From: Octopus sinensis
Lineage: Eukaryota
Direction of reading: 5' to 3'
Assembly: GCF_006345805.1 (NCBI RefSeq)
Contig: NC_043020.1
Coordinates: forward strand, 15,376,001-15,440,000
DNA: 64,000 nucleotides
Positions 39,110-53,343 of the stretch are shown here, piece by piece. The translations under genes were made by a program, and so were the position numbers. The notes beneath the pieces are model-generated. The model was not told the origin of the DNA, made no database searches, and saw only the letters and a list, made by a program, of their open reading frames with translations. Position 1 is the first letter of the stretch. Every line of letters begins with the position of its first letter.

Positions 39110-39347
39110 CCCAAGTCTGCTCTATGAATGTAGTGGCTTCTGTCAATAAATACTAATAGGGGCCAGTGCACTGAATTACCCGGGGATGGGAAGGGTTTGT
39201 AATACTGCAATGACGACCGGGCTGACATTCCGGCCAGATTGCATTGTGTGAGACGAGGGAGATATGACTGTTATTTCTAGCATGCCGCATGTCAACGTAG
39301 AAGCTGCCCTGTTGCTTCGCGCGCGCGTTTCACTTTCCCTGAGTTTA

Positions 39348-39387
<40 letters not shown>

Positions 39388-39392
39388 CGTGC

Positions 39393-39445
<53 letters not shown>

Positions 39446-39446
39446 C

Positions 39447-39486
<40 letters not shown>

Positions 39487-39719
39487 ATGCGTGTGTGTGT
39501 GTAAAAGTTTTTAGCTGCAGAACAAAACAAGCAAATAATAATGTTTAATTCTAAAGAAATAACAGGATTTTCCGGTAGAAATAAGCACTTCCCCCGCAAA
39601 CATACGTACATGTATACATACGCCTGCAGACACTTATATACATCTACAAGTATATACACACGTATACACATATAGGCACAGAGGTGGCTGTGTGGTAAGT
39701 AGCTTAAAGGCGGACGAAA

Positions 39720-40156
39720 TGTCACTAAGCATTTTGCCCGGCGTGCTAACGATTCATATTTCTTTATTGCCCACAAGGGGCTAAGCATAGAGAGGACAAA
39801 CAAGGACAGACAAAGGGATTAAGTCGATTATATCGACCCCAGTGCGTAACTGGTACTTAATTTATCGACCCCGAAAGGATGAAAGGCAAAGTCGACCTCG
39901 GCAGAATTTGAACTCAGAACGTAACCGGCAGACGAAATACCTATTTCTTTATTACACCACAAGGGGCTAAACACAGAGAGGATAAACAAGGACAGGCAAA
40001 CGGATTAAGTCGATTACATCGACCCCAGTGCGTAACTGGTACTTAATTTATCGAAAGTCGACCTCGGCGGAATTTGAACTCAGAACGTAACGGCAGACGA
40101 AATACGGCTACGCATTTCGCCCGGCGTGCTAACGTTTCTGCCAGCTCGCCGCCTTC
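39720..40156 (-). mobile_element. SINE family B multimer
   Basis: Head-to-tail units with a GAAATA-CC-TATTTC junction near 39934-39947. Confidence 0.85.
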
Positions 40157-40544
40157 GAACATACATACATATAAATATACACACGCATACTCATCGCACA
40201 CATTCAGTCATGCACGCATACTTATTCACGCACATAGCCATACGTATCAGAAAATATATTCATACATATGCACGTAGTTCATACTTACATACATATATAC
40301 ATACATATTTGCATACATACATAAATATATGCATATTTGCATACATATAAACATACATGTATGCATACATACATACATACATATATATATACACATACAT
40401 ACATACATGAATACATATATATATGCATATATACATACATACATATATGCATACATACATATAGGCATACATACATATAAACATACATGCATACATACAT
40501 ATATGCATGTATACATACATACATATAAACATACATACATATAC

Positions 40545-40950
40545 TCTTTTACTCTTTTTACTCTTTTACTTCTTTCAGTCATTTGACTGCGGCCATGCTG
40601 GAGCACCGCCTTTAGTCGAGCAACTCGACCCCGGGACTTATTCTTTTTTTGTAAGCCCAGTACTTATTCTATCGGTCTCTTTTTGCCGAACCGCTAAGTG
40701 ACGGGGACGTAAACACACCAGCATCGGTTGTCAAGCAATGCTAGGGAGACAAACACAGACACACAAACAAACACACATACATATATACGACAGGCTTCTT
40801 TCAGTTTCCGTCTACCAAATCCACTCACAAGGCTTTGGTTGGCCCGAGGCTATAGCAGAAGACACTTGCCCAAGGTACCACGCAGTGGGACTGAACCCGG
40901 AACCATGTGGTTGGTTAGCAAGCTACTTACCACACAGCCACTCCTGCGCC
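40545..40950 (-). mobile_element. SINE family A, full length
   Basis: Reverse complement of the consensus. Confidence 0.9.
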
Positions 40951-40973
40951 TATATGCATATATACATACATAC

Positions 40974-41031
<58 letters not shown>

Positions 41032-42709
41032 GTTTGTCCGTCGGAGCGATGAAGGCTATATAGCTATCCCCTTTGTTTAAAGCAGGGGTTCTCAGCCATT
41101 TCTTTTACCCAAGGATCCCTTTGATTACTATTTTATTCTGGTGGACCCCCGTAGCCATTCGATGTCTAAAAACTAGTTTTATACAAACTTCTTTCAAGAT
41201 TCCTATTTTGTTATTCACTAGCTTTAAACTGAATCCGGTTGTGGGTGTCCTTGTTTCGGGAGTTCCAGGATTTTGAGGGATGTGGAATCACCTCTTAGCC
41301 ACTATTGATTCCAGGTCCCCGTAAGCTAGCGGTTTGGCAAAAGAGACCGATAGAATAAGTACTAGGCTTACAAAGAATAAGTCCCGAGGTCGATTTGCTC
41401 GACTAAAGGCGGTGCTCCAGCATGGCCACAGTCAAATGACTGAAACAAATAAAAGAGTAAAAGAGTTGTTTCTTGCAATACATACCAATACATACATCAA
41501 AAGCAGCATTTTTTCAGGGGTCCTTAAAGTGCTATTGCGGATTCCCAATTCATTATTTTGTTGTGTGGACCTCCAAAAATCTTATGTGGACCCTCACGGG
41601 CCATGTAGACCACGGTCGGGAGTCACTAGTTTAAAGTGAAGAGTTGCATACTGTCAACCTCACTGGTTCGTCAGTCACCATCTTCAGTTCAGTGGCTGAC
41701 CAGGTCAAGATGACTGCGGGAGTGAGACGGATGTAGTGGATGATAAGATGTCTTGATTCTTCTTGCTCTCTGCTCTCTACAATGCATTGCCGCCGCCGCC
41801 TTTCTCTCCATTAAACCATGGAGGTGTCTCGCGCAGAGTCCACCGGATTTAGCCTTCACATGCATAGGTAGGCAAGCTCTAATATGCTAATTAATCCATA
41901 GCTGGAACCCTGACAGGAGCTACTACTCCGGGTCAGAGTAGACCTGGAATCAATTGGGGCTAAGAGGTGATTCCACATCCCTCAAAATCCTGGAACTCCC
42001 GAAACAAGGACACCCACAACTGAATTTAGTTTAAAGTCATTTCAAGGACATCCATCCATCCATCCATCCATCCATCCATCCATCCATCCATCCATACATA
42101 CATACATACATCCATACATGCATGCATGCATACATACATACATACATACATACATACATGCATGCATGCATACATGCATGCATGCATACATACATACATA
42201 CATACATGCATACATACATCCATACATACATACATACATGCATGCATACACACATACATACATGCATGCATGCATACATACATCCATACATACGTACATA
42301 CATACATACATACATACATGCATGCATACATACATACATACATACATACATACATACATACATACATACGTACATATATACATTCTGCATAAAAATAAAA
42401 ATAAATTCTGTGCTTCTTTGATCTAACCGGAAAAGTTGGAGGAAATTATATTTATGTCTATTTATCTTTCTAACTGTTTATTTGTCAATTAAAGACACAC
42501 AGCAAACAAAGACTGGCACATACATACACACGCACACATACATAAGAACGTTCACCACAACAACTACATACTTAGACGAAAACGACAGGTCACAACGAAC
42601 TCTTGCAAGAGACGCTTTTAGTTAAATACTCACATGAAAAGGTTACAGACGTCTAACGAAAATATTCCGGGAGTGAATGTAAGAGTTCAAGGATAACAAT
42701 TTTTTCTAC

Positions 42710-43096
42710 TCTCTTTTTCTCTTTTACTTGTTTCAGTCATTTGACTGCGGCCATGCTGGAGCACCGCCTTTAATCGAGCAACTCGAACCCAGGACTTATT
42801 CTTTGTAAGCCCAGTACTTATTCTATCGGTCTCTTTTTTGCCGAACCGCTAAGTGACGGGGACGTAAACACACCAGCATCGGGGAACAAACACAGACACA
42901 CAAACAAACACATATATATATATACATATATACGACAGGCTTCTTTCAGTTTCCTTCTACCAAATCCACTCACAAGGCATTGGTCGGCCCGGGGCTATAG
43001 CAGAAAACACTTGCCCAAGATGCCACGCAGTGGGACTGAACCCGGAACCATGTGGTTGGTTAGCAAGCTACTTACCACACAGCCACTCCTGCGCCT
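42710..43096 (-). mobile_element. SINE family A
   Basis: Reverse complement of the consensus. Confidence 0.9.
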
Positions 43097-43329
43097 ATAG
43101 ACACAAAGTCTGAAATTTTGGGCTAAGGTGGCTAGTCTGATACTTATTTTATCGACTTTGAAGAATGAAAGGCAAAGTCGACGTCAGAGGAATTTGAACT
43201 CAGAACATAAAGCCGCAACAAATACCATTAAGTATTTTGCTTGGCATGCCAACGATTCTGCTAGTTCACTGCTTAAATTTAGTAATAATAATAATAATGA
43301 TAAAAATAATAATAATAATAATAATAATA

Positions 43330-43381
<52 letters not shown>

Positions 43382-43429
43382 TATGATGATGATGATTATC
43401 CTTTCTATTGGAAGCACAAGGCCTCATAT

Positions 43430-43784
43430 TTTGAGGAAGGGATTAAGTCAGTTACATCGAACCCAGTGCGTAACTGGTACTTATTTAATCGATTCCGTAA
43501 GGATGAAAGGCAAAGTCGACTCCGGCGGAATTTGAACTCAGAACGTAGCTACAGACGAAATACGTATTTCTTTACTACCGACAAGGGGCTAAACACAGAG
43601 GACAAACAAGGACAGACAGACGGATTAAGTCAATTATATCGACCCCCAGTGCTTAACTGGTACTTATTCAATCGACCCCGAAAGGATGAAAGGCAAAGTC
43701 GACCTCGGCGGAATTTGAACTCAGAACGTAACCGGCAGACGAAATACCGCTAAGCATTTCGCCCAGCGTGCTAATGATTCCGTC

Positions 43785-43785
<1 letters not shown>
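43430..43785 (-). mobile_element. SINE family B dimer
   Basis: Two units with a GAAATA-CG-TATTTC junction. Confidence 0.85.
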
Positions 43786-43817
<32 letters not shown>

Positions 43818-43827
43818 TAATAATAAT

Positions 43828-44380
43828 GCCCTGATGCAGTACCAGACAGTGGCTCTCATGCCTTCTAATCTTAACTGATTGGAAGTGTTATCATGTACAT
43901 TGTTTTGACACGTCGTTTTTACGGGCTACAGTAAATATTCTGCTTAATACCACAGATTTACTTGTCAGCTGTTTGGCCCTAACCAGTTGACCATGTCCCT
44001 TAGTGGCAGACGATATGTGCACCTCTGATCACGAGCAAAAATAGTGTGGGAGAATCATAGCCATGTGTTGATAGGAATTCTTTGAGGTTTGGATAATTCA
44101 TCTTTGGAAACATGTGTGTTTCGTTCAACATCCTTAAATAACACTTATTCAAGGGCCATTTGAACAGGATGGGCTACACGACTTGAAGATGATTCTAACT
44201 GGGCCCCAACTGCAAGGTCATGTGCTGTTAATCTTGATATGAGATCCCCATGTCGCGCATATAGGGTTGTGATGCATGTGCCTGGAGTACCCTTATCAGA
44301 CAGGTAGTCATGATGGGTATATTGGGCTTCGTATAGTTTACGCCATTGTCACTTTGATGGCATACACTGCTCTCTCACTC
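43828..44380 (+). mobile_element. ~550-bp non-coding element embedded in (TAA)n
   Basis: Second copy at 50926-51471; both are flanked on each side by (TAA)n. Confidence 0.8.
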
Positions 44381-44437
44381 AATGATAATAATAATAATAA
44401 TAATAATAATAATGCGTATGTTGTCTGTCCGTCGTCT

Positions 44438-44522
<85 letters not shown>

Positions 44523-44605
44523 TTATCTATCTATCAGTCTGTCTATTTATTCTTCTGTTTATCTATATCTCTTTCTGTCCATCTATCTGTCTGTCTGTTT
44601 GTCTG

Positions 44606-44698
<93 letters not shown>

Positions 44699-46185
44699 AG
44701 TCGGTCTATTTATTCTTCTGTTTATCTATATCTCTTTCTGTCCATCTATCTGTCTGTCGGTCTATCTGTCCATCTCACTGTCTGTATGACCCCTCGCTTG
44801 TTTGTATGTATGCTTATTCTTCTGTCTTTATGCATATACGCCTTCTTCTGTAGTCTTCCGTCTGTTCTCTCGCTTCAAGTTAGAAATATAATAGACGCGA
44901 CAGCTTTTCGTACTTTTTCTATCGTCAACCAGCAACAAACAGTGCATTCATCTCTCCTGAGACTATTTGGACAAATTTTTTAGGAGTTCGAGTCGCCAGC
45001 AAACACCATCAATCTGGGCTTTAGCATTTGTATAACATGTTTGTTATTCGCATCTTATTCTCTCCCTCCCTCCCTCCTCCTTCCTCCCTCCTCTTCTTTC
45101 TCCCACCCTTCATATTTCCCTCTGTCTCTCACTTCCCTCCTTCTTCCTCTCTCATTCTCTTTGCTCATATAAACACAAACTATCTTTGTCAACTCTACTA
45201 AATATTTTTTTGTCATCTCTAGCATATAAGTTGACGAGACGCTTTAAGTAAATGGAAACAGCGGACGTTACAATATTGTATTGTTAAAGAACAAACAAAA
45301 TGTATGTACAGTCGTGTAAACTGCTGATGGGTAGTCAGTAGAACTTTCAGATAAGCAATGTTTGAATTCGGGTGTTGCATGTTAGGAAGCCGCTGACAGG
45401 GAAATAGCAGGAAAAAAAAAATTGGCTTAAATCGTCAACAGTGGTTTCACGATGAAAAATGCTTTGGTTGATAAGGAGAAACTCGGGTAGAACTGTTTGC
45501 GTACGTTGTTATCTGAGCGACGGGGGTTTTCCAAATTATTTTTGCGATGATTAAACGACAGGAGGTTGTCGAATAATTTTTGCCAGGTATTTGTCAACTG
45601 CTTGACAGGACTATGAGTGAGAGACCTTTTGACACCCAATGGCTTTTGTAAGACGTTTGTTGAGCTTCAACAATATTTTTTTTTAAAACTAGTCATGGAA
45701 TCAGTTTTTGTAGGTGAAAGTGTGTAGGCGTAGGCGTGTGATAAAAGGCTTGCTTCCCAACCTCATGGTTCCAGGTTCAGTCTCACTGCATGATACCTTC
45801 GGTATGTGTCTTCTACTATAGCCTCGGGCCGACCAAAACCTTGTGATACGGAAACACAAAGAAACCCGCCGTGAGTGTGTGTGTGTGTGTGTATGTAGTG
45901 TAGACTATATATACGTACATTCAAATGTAGCAGGTAACTGCTAGCCTTTGGCCGCTGTTTGTGCCCCGTGGTGTCCACTACTCCGATTGGTTGGTATTGG
46001 CGCAATTTATATCCCACTCTGTTGTGCCAACTGACTGCGGATAGCCAGTCAGAGACTTTAGATAGCGTCACGTGAACAACTTTTTTCGAACCCTTTTCGA
46101 GCCTACTTTTTCCTATAAAAACCCACTTTTTATCTCATTATAGGTCTTTGGTTTCAGACCTTTTAAGGGCTAGCCACTGACCACA

Positions 46186-46222
<37 letters not shown>

Positions 46223-46674
46223 ATATGTATGTATGTATGTTGTATGTGTGTATGTATGTATGTATGTATGTATGTTTGTGTGTGTGTGTGTGCCTTTGTG
46301 TTTGTCGCCCGCCACCGCTTGATAACTGGTGTTGGTGTGTTTACGTCCGCATAACTTAGCGGTTCGGGAAAAAGACACCGGTAGAATAGGTACCAGGCTT
46401 TAAAAAATTAAGATTCATTCGACTAAGAGTTCTTTAAGGTGGTGTCCCAGCATGGCCGTAGCCTAATGACTGAAGCAATTAAAAGGTAAACGATGATATC
46501 GACAACAGTATATTAGTAATATTTGTTTCATACATCACACACAAATGGAAGACAAGTGACTCTGTCAGTAGGATTCAAACTATAAAATATATATTAGTGA
46601 CGGAAGCTGTATTAATGCCGAGAGGTAATAGTTATCCCCACTCAAACGTGGATGTTCTGTTAGCGGTCAAATAT

Positions 46675-46721
46675 CCATCATTGACAAGACCAAGGAAGGT
46701 CGAAATCATGTGGTTTGGTGG
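46675..46721 (+). ncRNA. Variant type I HHR motif (U3-A8 core, GUU site)
   Basis: CCATCA-TTGACAA-GACC(AAGGAA)GGTC-GAA-ATCA-TG-TGGT-T|TGGTGG. Confidence 0.45.
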
Positions 46722-47050
46722 TCTCAGTGCTTAGAGATGGCAGGGATTTATCTCCTTGCTAGCGATATAAACAAGAGTGCAATTTGCACCAAAAAGCCAA
46801 TGAGAGTTTCTCTCGTGGTATCTACCATGTTTGTCCCTCGCCACCGCTTGTAACCGAGGTTGGTGGGTTTACATCCCCGAAACCTAGCAGTCTGGTAAAA
46901 AGACGCCGACAGAATAAGTACCAAGCTTAACAAAAAAATTAAGTACTAGGGTCGATTAGCTTCACTAAAATTCCGCAAGGTGGTGCCCCAGCGTAGTTGC
47001 AGTAGTCTAATGATTGAAACAAGTAAAAGATAAAAAAAAACAAAACAGAT

Positions 47051-47480
47051 AGGCGCAGGAGTGGCTGTGTGGTAAGTAGCTTGCTTAACAACCACATAGT
47101 TCCGGGTTCAGTCCCACTGCATGGCATCTTGGGCAAGTGTCTTCTGCTATAGCCTCGGGCCGACCAATGCCTTGTGAGTGTATTTGGTTGACGGAAACTG
47201 AAAGAAGCCCGTCGTATATATGTATATATATGTATGTGTGTGTATATATTTGTGTGTCTGTGTTTGTCCCCTCAACATCGCTTGACAACTGATGCTGGTG
47301 TGTTTACGTCCCCGTCACCTAGCGGTTCGGCAAAAGAGACCGATAGAATATCGTTCGCACCAGTACTTACTGGGCTTACAAAGAATAAGTCCCGGGGTCG
47401 ATTTGCTCGACTAAAGGCGGTGCTCCAGCATGGCCGCAGTCAAATGACTGAAACAAGTAAAAAGAGAAAAAGAGAGAAAG
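47051..47480 (+). mobile_element. SINE family A, full length
   Basis: Matches the consensus. Confidence 0.9.
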
Positions 47481-48021
47481 AGATAACGCAATCCAATCAT
47501 AAAATTACTCTGTTCGTGGAGCTTTCATAGAAACTTCCGTTCCCTTCAACATACATCAACAGCAGCACTAATTTCTTTCATAAAATGTCGTCTGTACAGG
47601 TTTCTTTAAAGGAAAGCAGACGTTCCTTACGAACGCCGTAATAATTAATTTGAATTGTCTTTCCTTTCTGTGTATCTTCTCTCTATGCTTATCGTCCAAT
47701 GTCTGTCCCTTACATTTCGACGACTCCTCACCGTCCACTTATCTTTTAAAGTATCTTTTATTTTCTTTATTTCTTGCTGACTGGCCCCTTCTCAAAGCGG
47801 ATGTCTCTATTGACAAAATGTTCCGATTTTCATTTAAAACTAATTTGGCCGACATTTTTGTTTCGCGCCTCTCGACACAGAGAAAGGGTGGGTGGGAGGG
47901 AGGGAGGGAGGAGAGTATGGGAAAAGAAAAAAGACACACACACACACACACAAATCCAAACTCGACCCGCTCCACCTCCCATACATACATACATACATAC
48001 ATACATACATACATACATACA

Positions 48022-48053
<32 letters not shown>

Positions 48054-48208
48054 CAAACTAGCTATTTTGTCCGACCTTGATTGTTCGCACCAGTAAAGCT
48101 ATGATTGCTATCCTCCGCCACCTTTTCCAAAAACACGAGACGAAGATGACCACACCACCACCACCGCTATCACCACCACCACGATCACCATCATCATCAT
48201 CATCATCA

Positions 48209-48455
48209 TGGCCCAGTGGTTAGGGCAGCGGACTCGCGGTTATAGGATAGCAGTTTCGATTCCCAGACTGGGCGTTTGTGAATGTTTATTGAACGAAAAC
48301 GCCTAAAGCCCCACGAGGCTCCGGCAGGGGATGGTGGCGAACCCTGTTGTATTCTTTCACCACAACTTTCTCTCACTTTTACTTCCTGTTTCTGTTGGGC
48401 CTGTAATTCAAAGGTCCAGCCTTGTCACATTCTGTGTCACGCTGAATATCCCCGG
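48209..48455 (+). mobile_element. SINE family C (3'-truncated by the RTE fragment)
   Basis: Family C head and body. Confidence 0.8.
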
Positions 48456-49636
48456 AGTGGGCCGTCCTGATCTGGTTCTCAAAGTCCTTTACACATATAT
48501 GGGGGTCTTCGAAAGAATACTCTCAATGTATGAGAAGTGTTCAACTTCTAGGAGTTGGCCATCGATGCTAATGTTCGTGGTTTGTTCTGGCCTGGTGCAG
48601 GTTGGATCAGGTCTTTAATATGCTTACCTGCATTCCGAAGCATTCATAAGCTGCGTTATAAAGATCGGCCGTCCTTTGTAGACCATCTACGGTTCGACTC
48701 GGGGTGGCATTGTCGTCGGCATACTGCATCTCACGGACTGAGATAGCGGAGGTCCTCGTCTTTGCGCCGAAATGTGCGAGTCCGCCATCCAAGCGGTAGC
48801 GCATGTTGATGGAAGGCGAGTCCAGTGGGATTTCGTTGAATATGGCGGCTCTGTACAAAGAGAAACAGGTTGATGCTAGGACACATCCTTGCTTAAGACC
48901 CCCAGTAATGACAAACGGGTCTGTGAGAGCATTTTGATGGCATACCCTACCCACTATGCCGTCGTGAAAGGAGTGGACCAGGGTAGTGAAATCCTCCGTA
49001 TATCCAAACCGAGCAAGGATGCCCACATTGCAGGACGGGTGACCTTGTTAAAGGCTTTCTTTAGATCCCAGAAGATGAACATTGTAGGCTGTTGGTGTTC
49101 TTGACACTTCTGAAGTTGGCGGGCACAAAAAATCATGTCGATTGTGCCTGGGACTCAGGGAGGACGTCTTCTGCAAGGATGAGGAGGTAATTGAGTAGGA
49201 TACGGGCGAAGTTCTTGCTTGCAATACTCAGGAGTGAGATGCCCCGATAGTTGTTGCAATCCTCACGGTCTCCCTTCTTGTAGATGGTGATGATAGTTGC
49301 ATCGAGGAAGTCGTTCGGGAGGGTTTTGCTTTCCCAGATCTTGAGGATAAGGAGCGTCAGATGATTTCTCAGCTTAGGACCTCCGTGGGGGAAAAACTCA
49401 AACGGGATGTTGTCTAGTCCCGGAGCTTTACCCGGCTTCATACGCTCGAATGCCTTGTTGAACTCATAAGACAAGGGCGGCAGGGAATCCAATGGCGGAT
49501 TTTTGGGGAGCCGTGTGGTGTTTTGGAGGAGATCGTCTGGAGTGTGTGAGTGGTCGAAATGGGACTTCTAGCGATCGAGAATTCCTTGGGTGTCAGCTAT
49601 CATATAGCCAGCTGCATTCTTCAGGTCCCCCACTGA
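48456..49636 (-). mobile_element. RTE-clade LINE reverse transcriptase (frameshifted relic)
   Basis: KPGKAPGLDNIP; GDREDCNNYRGISLLS; DMIFCARQLQ; FWDLKKAF; GLKQGCVLA; QYADD; with frameshifts and stops. Confidence 0.9.
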
Positions 49637-49647
49637 AGAACTATATA

Positions 49648-49951
49648 TCTTTATATATAAAACTGTAGTTGTGTGTGTGTCTGTCTACCCCGATTTAGAT
49701 TCCTAACTACTCCCACATTTTGCGGTGCAGTTTAACCAAAAGCGGGTATCTTGTAGTCGTGATTCATATCAAGCCCTTCTGGGTATTAGCGCGCGTCTAC
49801 AATGAGTCTACGATTTTAAAAGAAATTTACCATCATTTTTCCGCATTTTTAATCCATTTTTGTTCGGTTTATATAAGGGAAGTAACTCTCTAAAAATGCT
49901 TATATAGTTATTTCCCTTAAAAACCCGAGCAACGCCGGGCGACACTGCTAG
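49648..49951 (+). mobile_element. Non-autonomous Helitron, 304 bp
   Basis: 5' A|TC, subterminal hairpin CCCGAGCAACGCCGGG (49924-49939), 3' CTAG|T. Confidence 0.8.
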
Positions 49952-50528
49952 TATATATATAAATGGTCGGGCCGGGGCCATGGTTGAAGGCAATTGCCTA
50001 AGATGCCACGCAGTGGGACTGAACCAGGAACCGCATGATTGGGAAGCAAACTTCTTACCACGCAGTCACTCATGCACCCATGTATCTAAAATTAAAATAA
50101 CTAAACATAAACTTACAGACATTATCGTGCAAACATTTCTAAAGATCTGCATTTCATCTATTCATCCTTGAGTCTCTGTCTGTTCCTGCTTTTCTCTTCT
50201 ATCTCTCCCGTAGTGATAAATCATATAGAATTACATATGGATTCGCCCTGTTGTATTCAAATAAGAAATCACACAGACACCCTTAGAAATTTAATGAGAT
50301 TTAAATGGTACCTGCGAAGTCATTAAAATTAATGTTATAATCCGTTAAAGAGTGCGCCGCTGTTGTTAACCTCAGTTATCTAGAGACAGGAGGAGGGCAG
50401 TGCTGGTTACGTATGTAAAGTAATATTAGGAAATAGTTTATCTGTCTGTCTGTCTGTCTGTGTCTGTTTGTCTGTCCTGTCTGTCTGTGTCTGTTATATG
50501 TCAATTTATTTGTCTGACTGTCTGTCTA

Positions 50529-50565
<37 letters not shown>

Positions 50566-50641
50566 CTGACTACCTGTCTGTCTGTCACTCTCTCTCTCTC
50601 TATGTGACGGTTTGCCTGTCTGTCTCTTGTCAGTATGTCGC

Positions 50642-50733
<92 letters not shown>

Positions 50734-50925
50734 ATATCCATGATGAACAAAATGTGTAATGATAATAATAATAATAATAATAGTACTTAATTTATTGATC
50801 CTGAAAGTCAAACTTGGTAGAATTTGAACTCAGAACTTGAAGACAGATGAAATTCTGCTGAGCATTTTCCCCAGCATGCTAACTATTCTGCCAGCTTGCC
50901 ACCTTCAATAATAATAATAATAAAT

Positions 50926-51471
50926 GCCCTGATGCAGTACCAGGCAGTAGCTCTCATGGCTTCTGATCTTAACTGATTGGAAGTGTTATCATGTACAGTT
51001 TTGTCTTGGTATAAAAGATGGGCTACAGCAAATATTCTGCTCAATACCACAGATTTGCTTGTCAGTTGTTTGACCTTAACCAGTTGAGCATGTCCCTTAG
51101 TGGCTGACGATATGTGCATCTCTGACCACGAGCAGAAGTAGTGGGGGAGCATCATAGCCATGTGTCGAGAGGGATTCTTTGGGGTTTGAATAATTCACCT
51201 CTGGAAACATGGGTGGTTCTTTCAACATCCTTAAACAATTCAGGGACCTTTTGAGCGGGATGGGCTACTCAACCTGAAGAAAATTCTAACTAGGTCCCAC
51301 CTGCAAGGTCATGTGCTGTTTATTTTGATATGAGATCACCATGTCGCGTACATATGGTTGTGATGCATGTGCCTGGTGTACCCTTATCAGACGGGTAGTC
51401 ATGATGGGTATATTGGGCTTCGTATATTTTACCCGAGTGTCACTTTGATGGCATGAACTGCTCTCTCACTC
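50926..51471 (+). mobile_element. Second copy of the (TAA)n-embedded ~550-bp element
   Basis: Colinear with 43828-44380. Confidence 0.8.
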
Positions 51472-51501
51472 AATAATAATAATGATAATAATAATAATAA
51501 T

Positions 51502-51581
<80 letters not shown>

Positions 51582-52014
51582 CTGGCAATAACAATGAAGA
51601 TTGCCACAATTGGCCTACTCAGGCGGCAAAAATGAGAAATCCTGCGACGGACCGGCCTCCCGTACTGGCAGGGAAATTTTTACGCCATAGAAACAGGGAA
51701 ACAGGTCCTTATGAATCTCCATGACTCGGGAACGAGCTTTACCTGCTTGTGTCTTTGAGTCTTTGTCCCTCATACCGCTTGGCAACCGGTGTTGGTGTGT
51801 TTAAATCTCCGTAACTTAGCGGCTCGGCAACAGAGAGATCGATATAATAAGTACCGAGCTTAAAAGAAAATAAATACATTGGCCGATTAGTTCTACTAAA
51901 AAACAAATCCTTCAAGGCGGTGCCCCAGCATGGTCGCAGTCTAATGACTGAAATAAGACAAACATAAAATTTTTTTAAATAAATGATACCGAGTCAAAGA
52001 TGCCATATTATAAA

Positions 52015-52425
52015 TAGGCGCAGGAGTGGCTGTGTGGCAAGTAGCTTGCTTACGAACCACATAGTTCCGGGTTCAGTCCCACTGCATGGCACCTTGGGTA
52101 AGTGTCTTCTACTATAGCCTCGGGCCGACCAATGCCTTGTGAGTGGATTTGGTAGATGGAAACTGAAAGAAGCCCATCGTATATATGTGTATATATGTAT
52201 GCGTATATGTTTGTGTGTCTATGTTTGCCCCCTCTCCCATCATCACTTGATAACCGATGCTGGTGTGTTCACGTTCCCGTAACATTAGCGGTTCGGCAAA
52301 AGAGACCGATAGAATATGCACTAGGCTTACAAAGAATAAGTCCAGGGGTCGATTTGCTCGATTAAAGGGCGGTGCTCCAGCATGGCCACAGTCAAATGAC
52401 TGAAACAAGTAAAAGAGTAAAAGAG
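52015..52425 (+). mobile_element. SINE family A, full length
   Basis: Matches the consensus. Confidence 0.9.
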
Positions 52426-52848
52426 TATGTATATATTGGTATGTATTGCAAGAAAACAGCTAGGTTTCTTTCCTTAATGTTTTACATAGTTCAACCTACA
52501 CAAGGGAATGTGTGAAAAACAAATAGGAATTTTGAAAGCAGTATCTATAAAACTAGTTTTTAAACACTGAATGACTGTCGGAGTTCATTCGAACAGAAGA
52601 ATAATCAAAGGGGTCCCTAGATAAAAATTGGTTGAGAATCCCTGGACAAGTAAAAGAGTAAAAGAATAAACAACACAGTCGTTATGACATATAAAAGCGC
52701 AATAGCTGCAACTGTAAAATTCACAAATTTGGATTATTGCAGTGTGCAATGTGCAAACGTGAAACCCGACGTTTCGTGCAAGTGTTCTCACACGTCGAGT
52801 TTTTCGGAAGCAGCGAATGTCTTTTATTATTACAGGTCTTGTGCCTAT

Positions 52849-53270
52849 AGGCGCAGGAGTGGCTGTGTGGTAAGTAGCTTGCCTACCAACCACATGGTTC
52901 TGGGTTCAGTCCCACTGTGTGGCATCTTGGGCAAGTGTCTTCTGCTATAGCCTCGGACCGACCAATGCCTTGTGAGTGGATTTGGTAGACGGAAACTGAA
53001 AGAAGCCTGTCGTATATATGTATATATATGTATGTATGTATGTGTATGTATATGTTTGTGTATCTGCGTTTGTCCCTCTAGCATTGCTTGACAACCGATG
53101 CTGGTGTGTCTACGTCCCCGTCGCTTAGCGGTTCGGCAAAAAAGAAACCGATAGAATAAGTACTGGGCTTACAAAGAATAAGTCCCGGGGTCGATTTGCT
53201 CGACTAAAGGCTTTGCTCCAGCATGGCCGCAGTAAAATGACTGAAACAGGTAAAAGAGTAAAAGAGTAAA
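52849..53270 (+). mobile_element. SINE family A, full length
   Basis: Matches the consensus. Confidence 0.9.
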
Positions 53271-53289
53271 GTGTAAAGAGTATAGTAGG

Positions 53290-53339
<50 letters not shown>

Positions 53340-53343
<4 letters not shown>

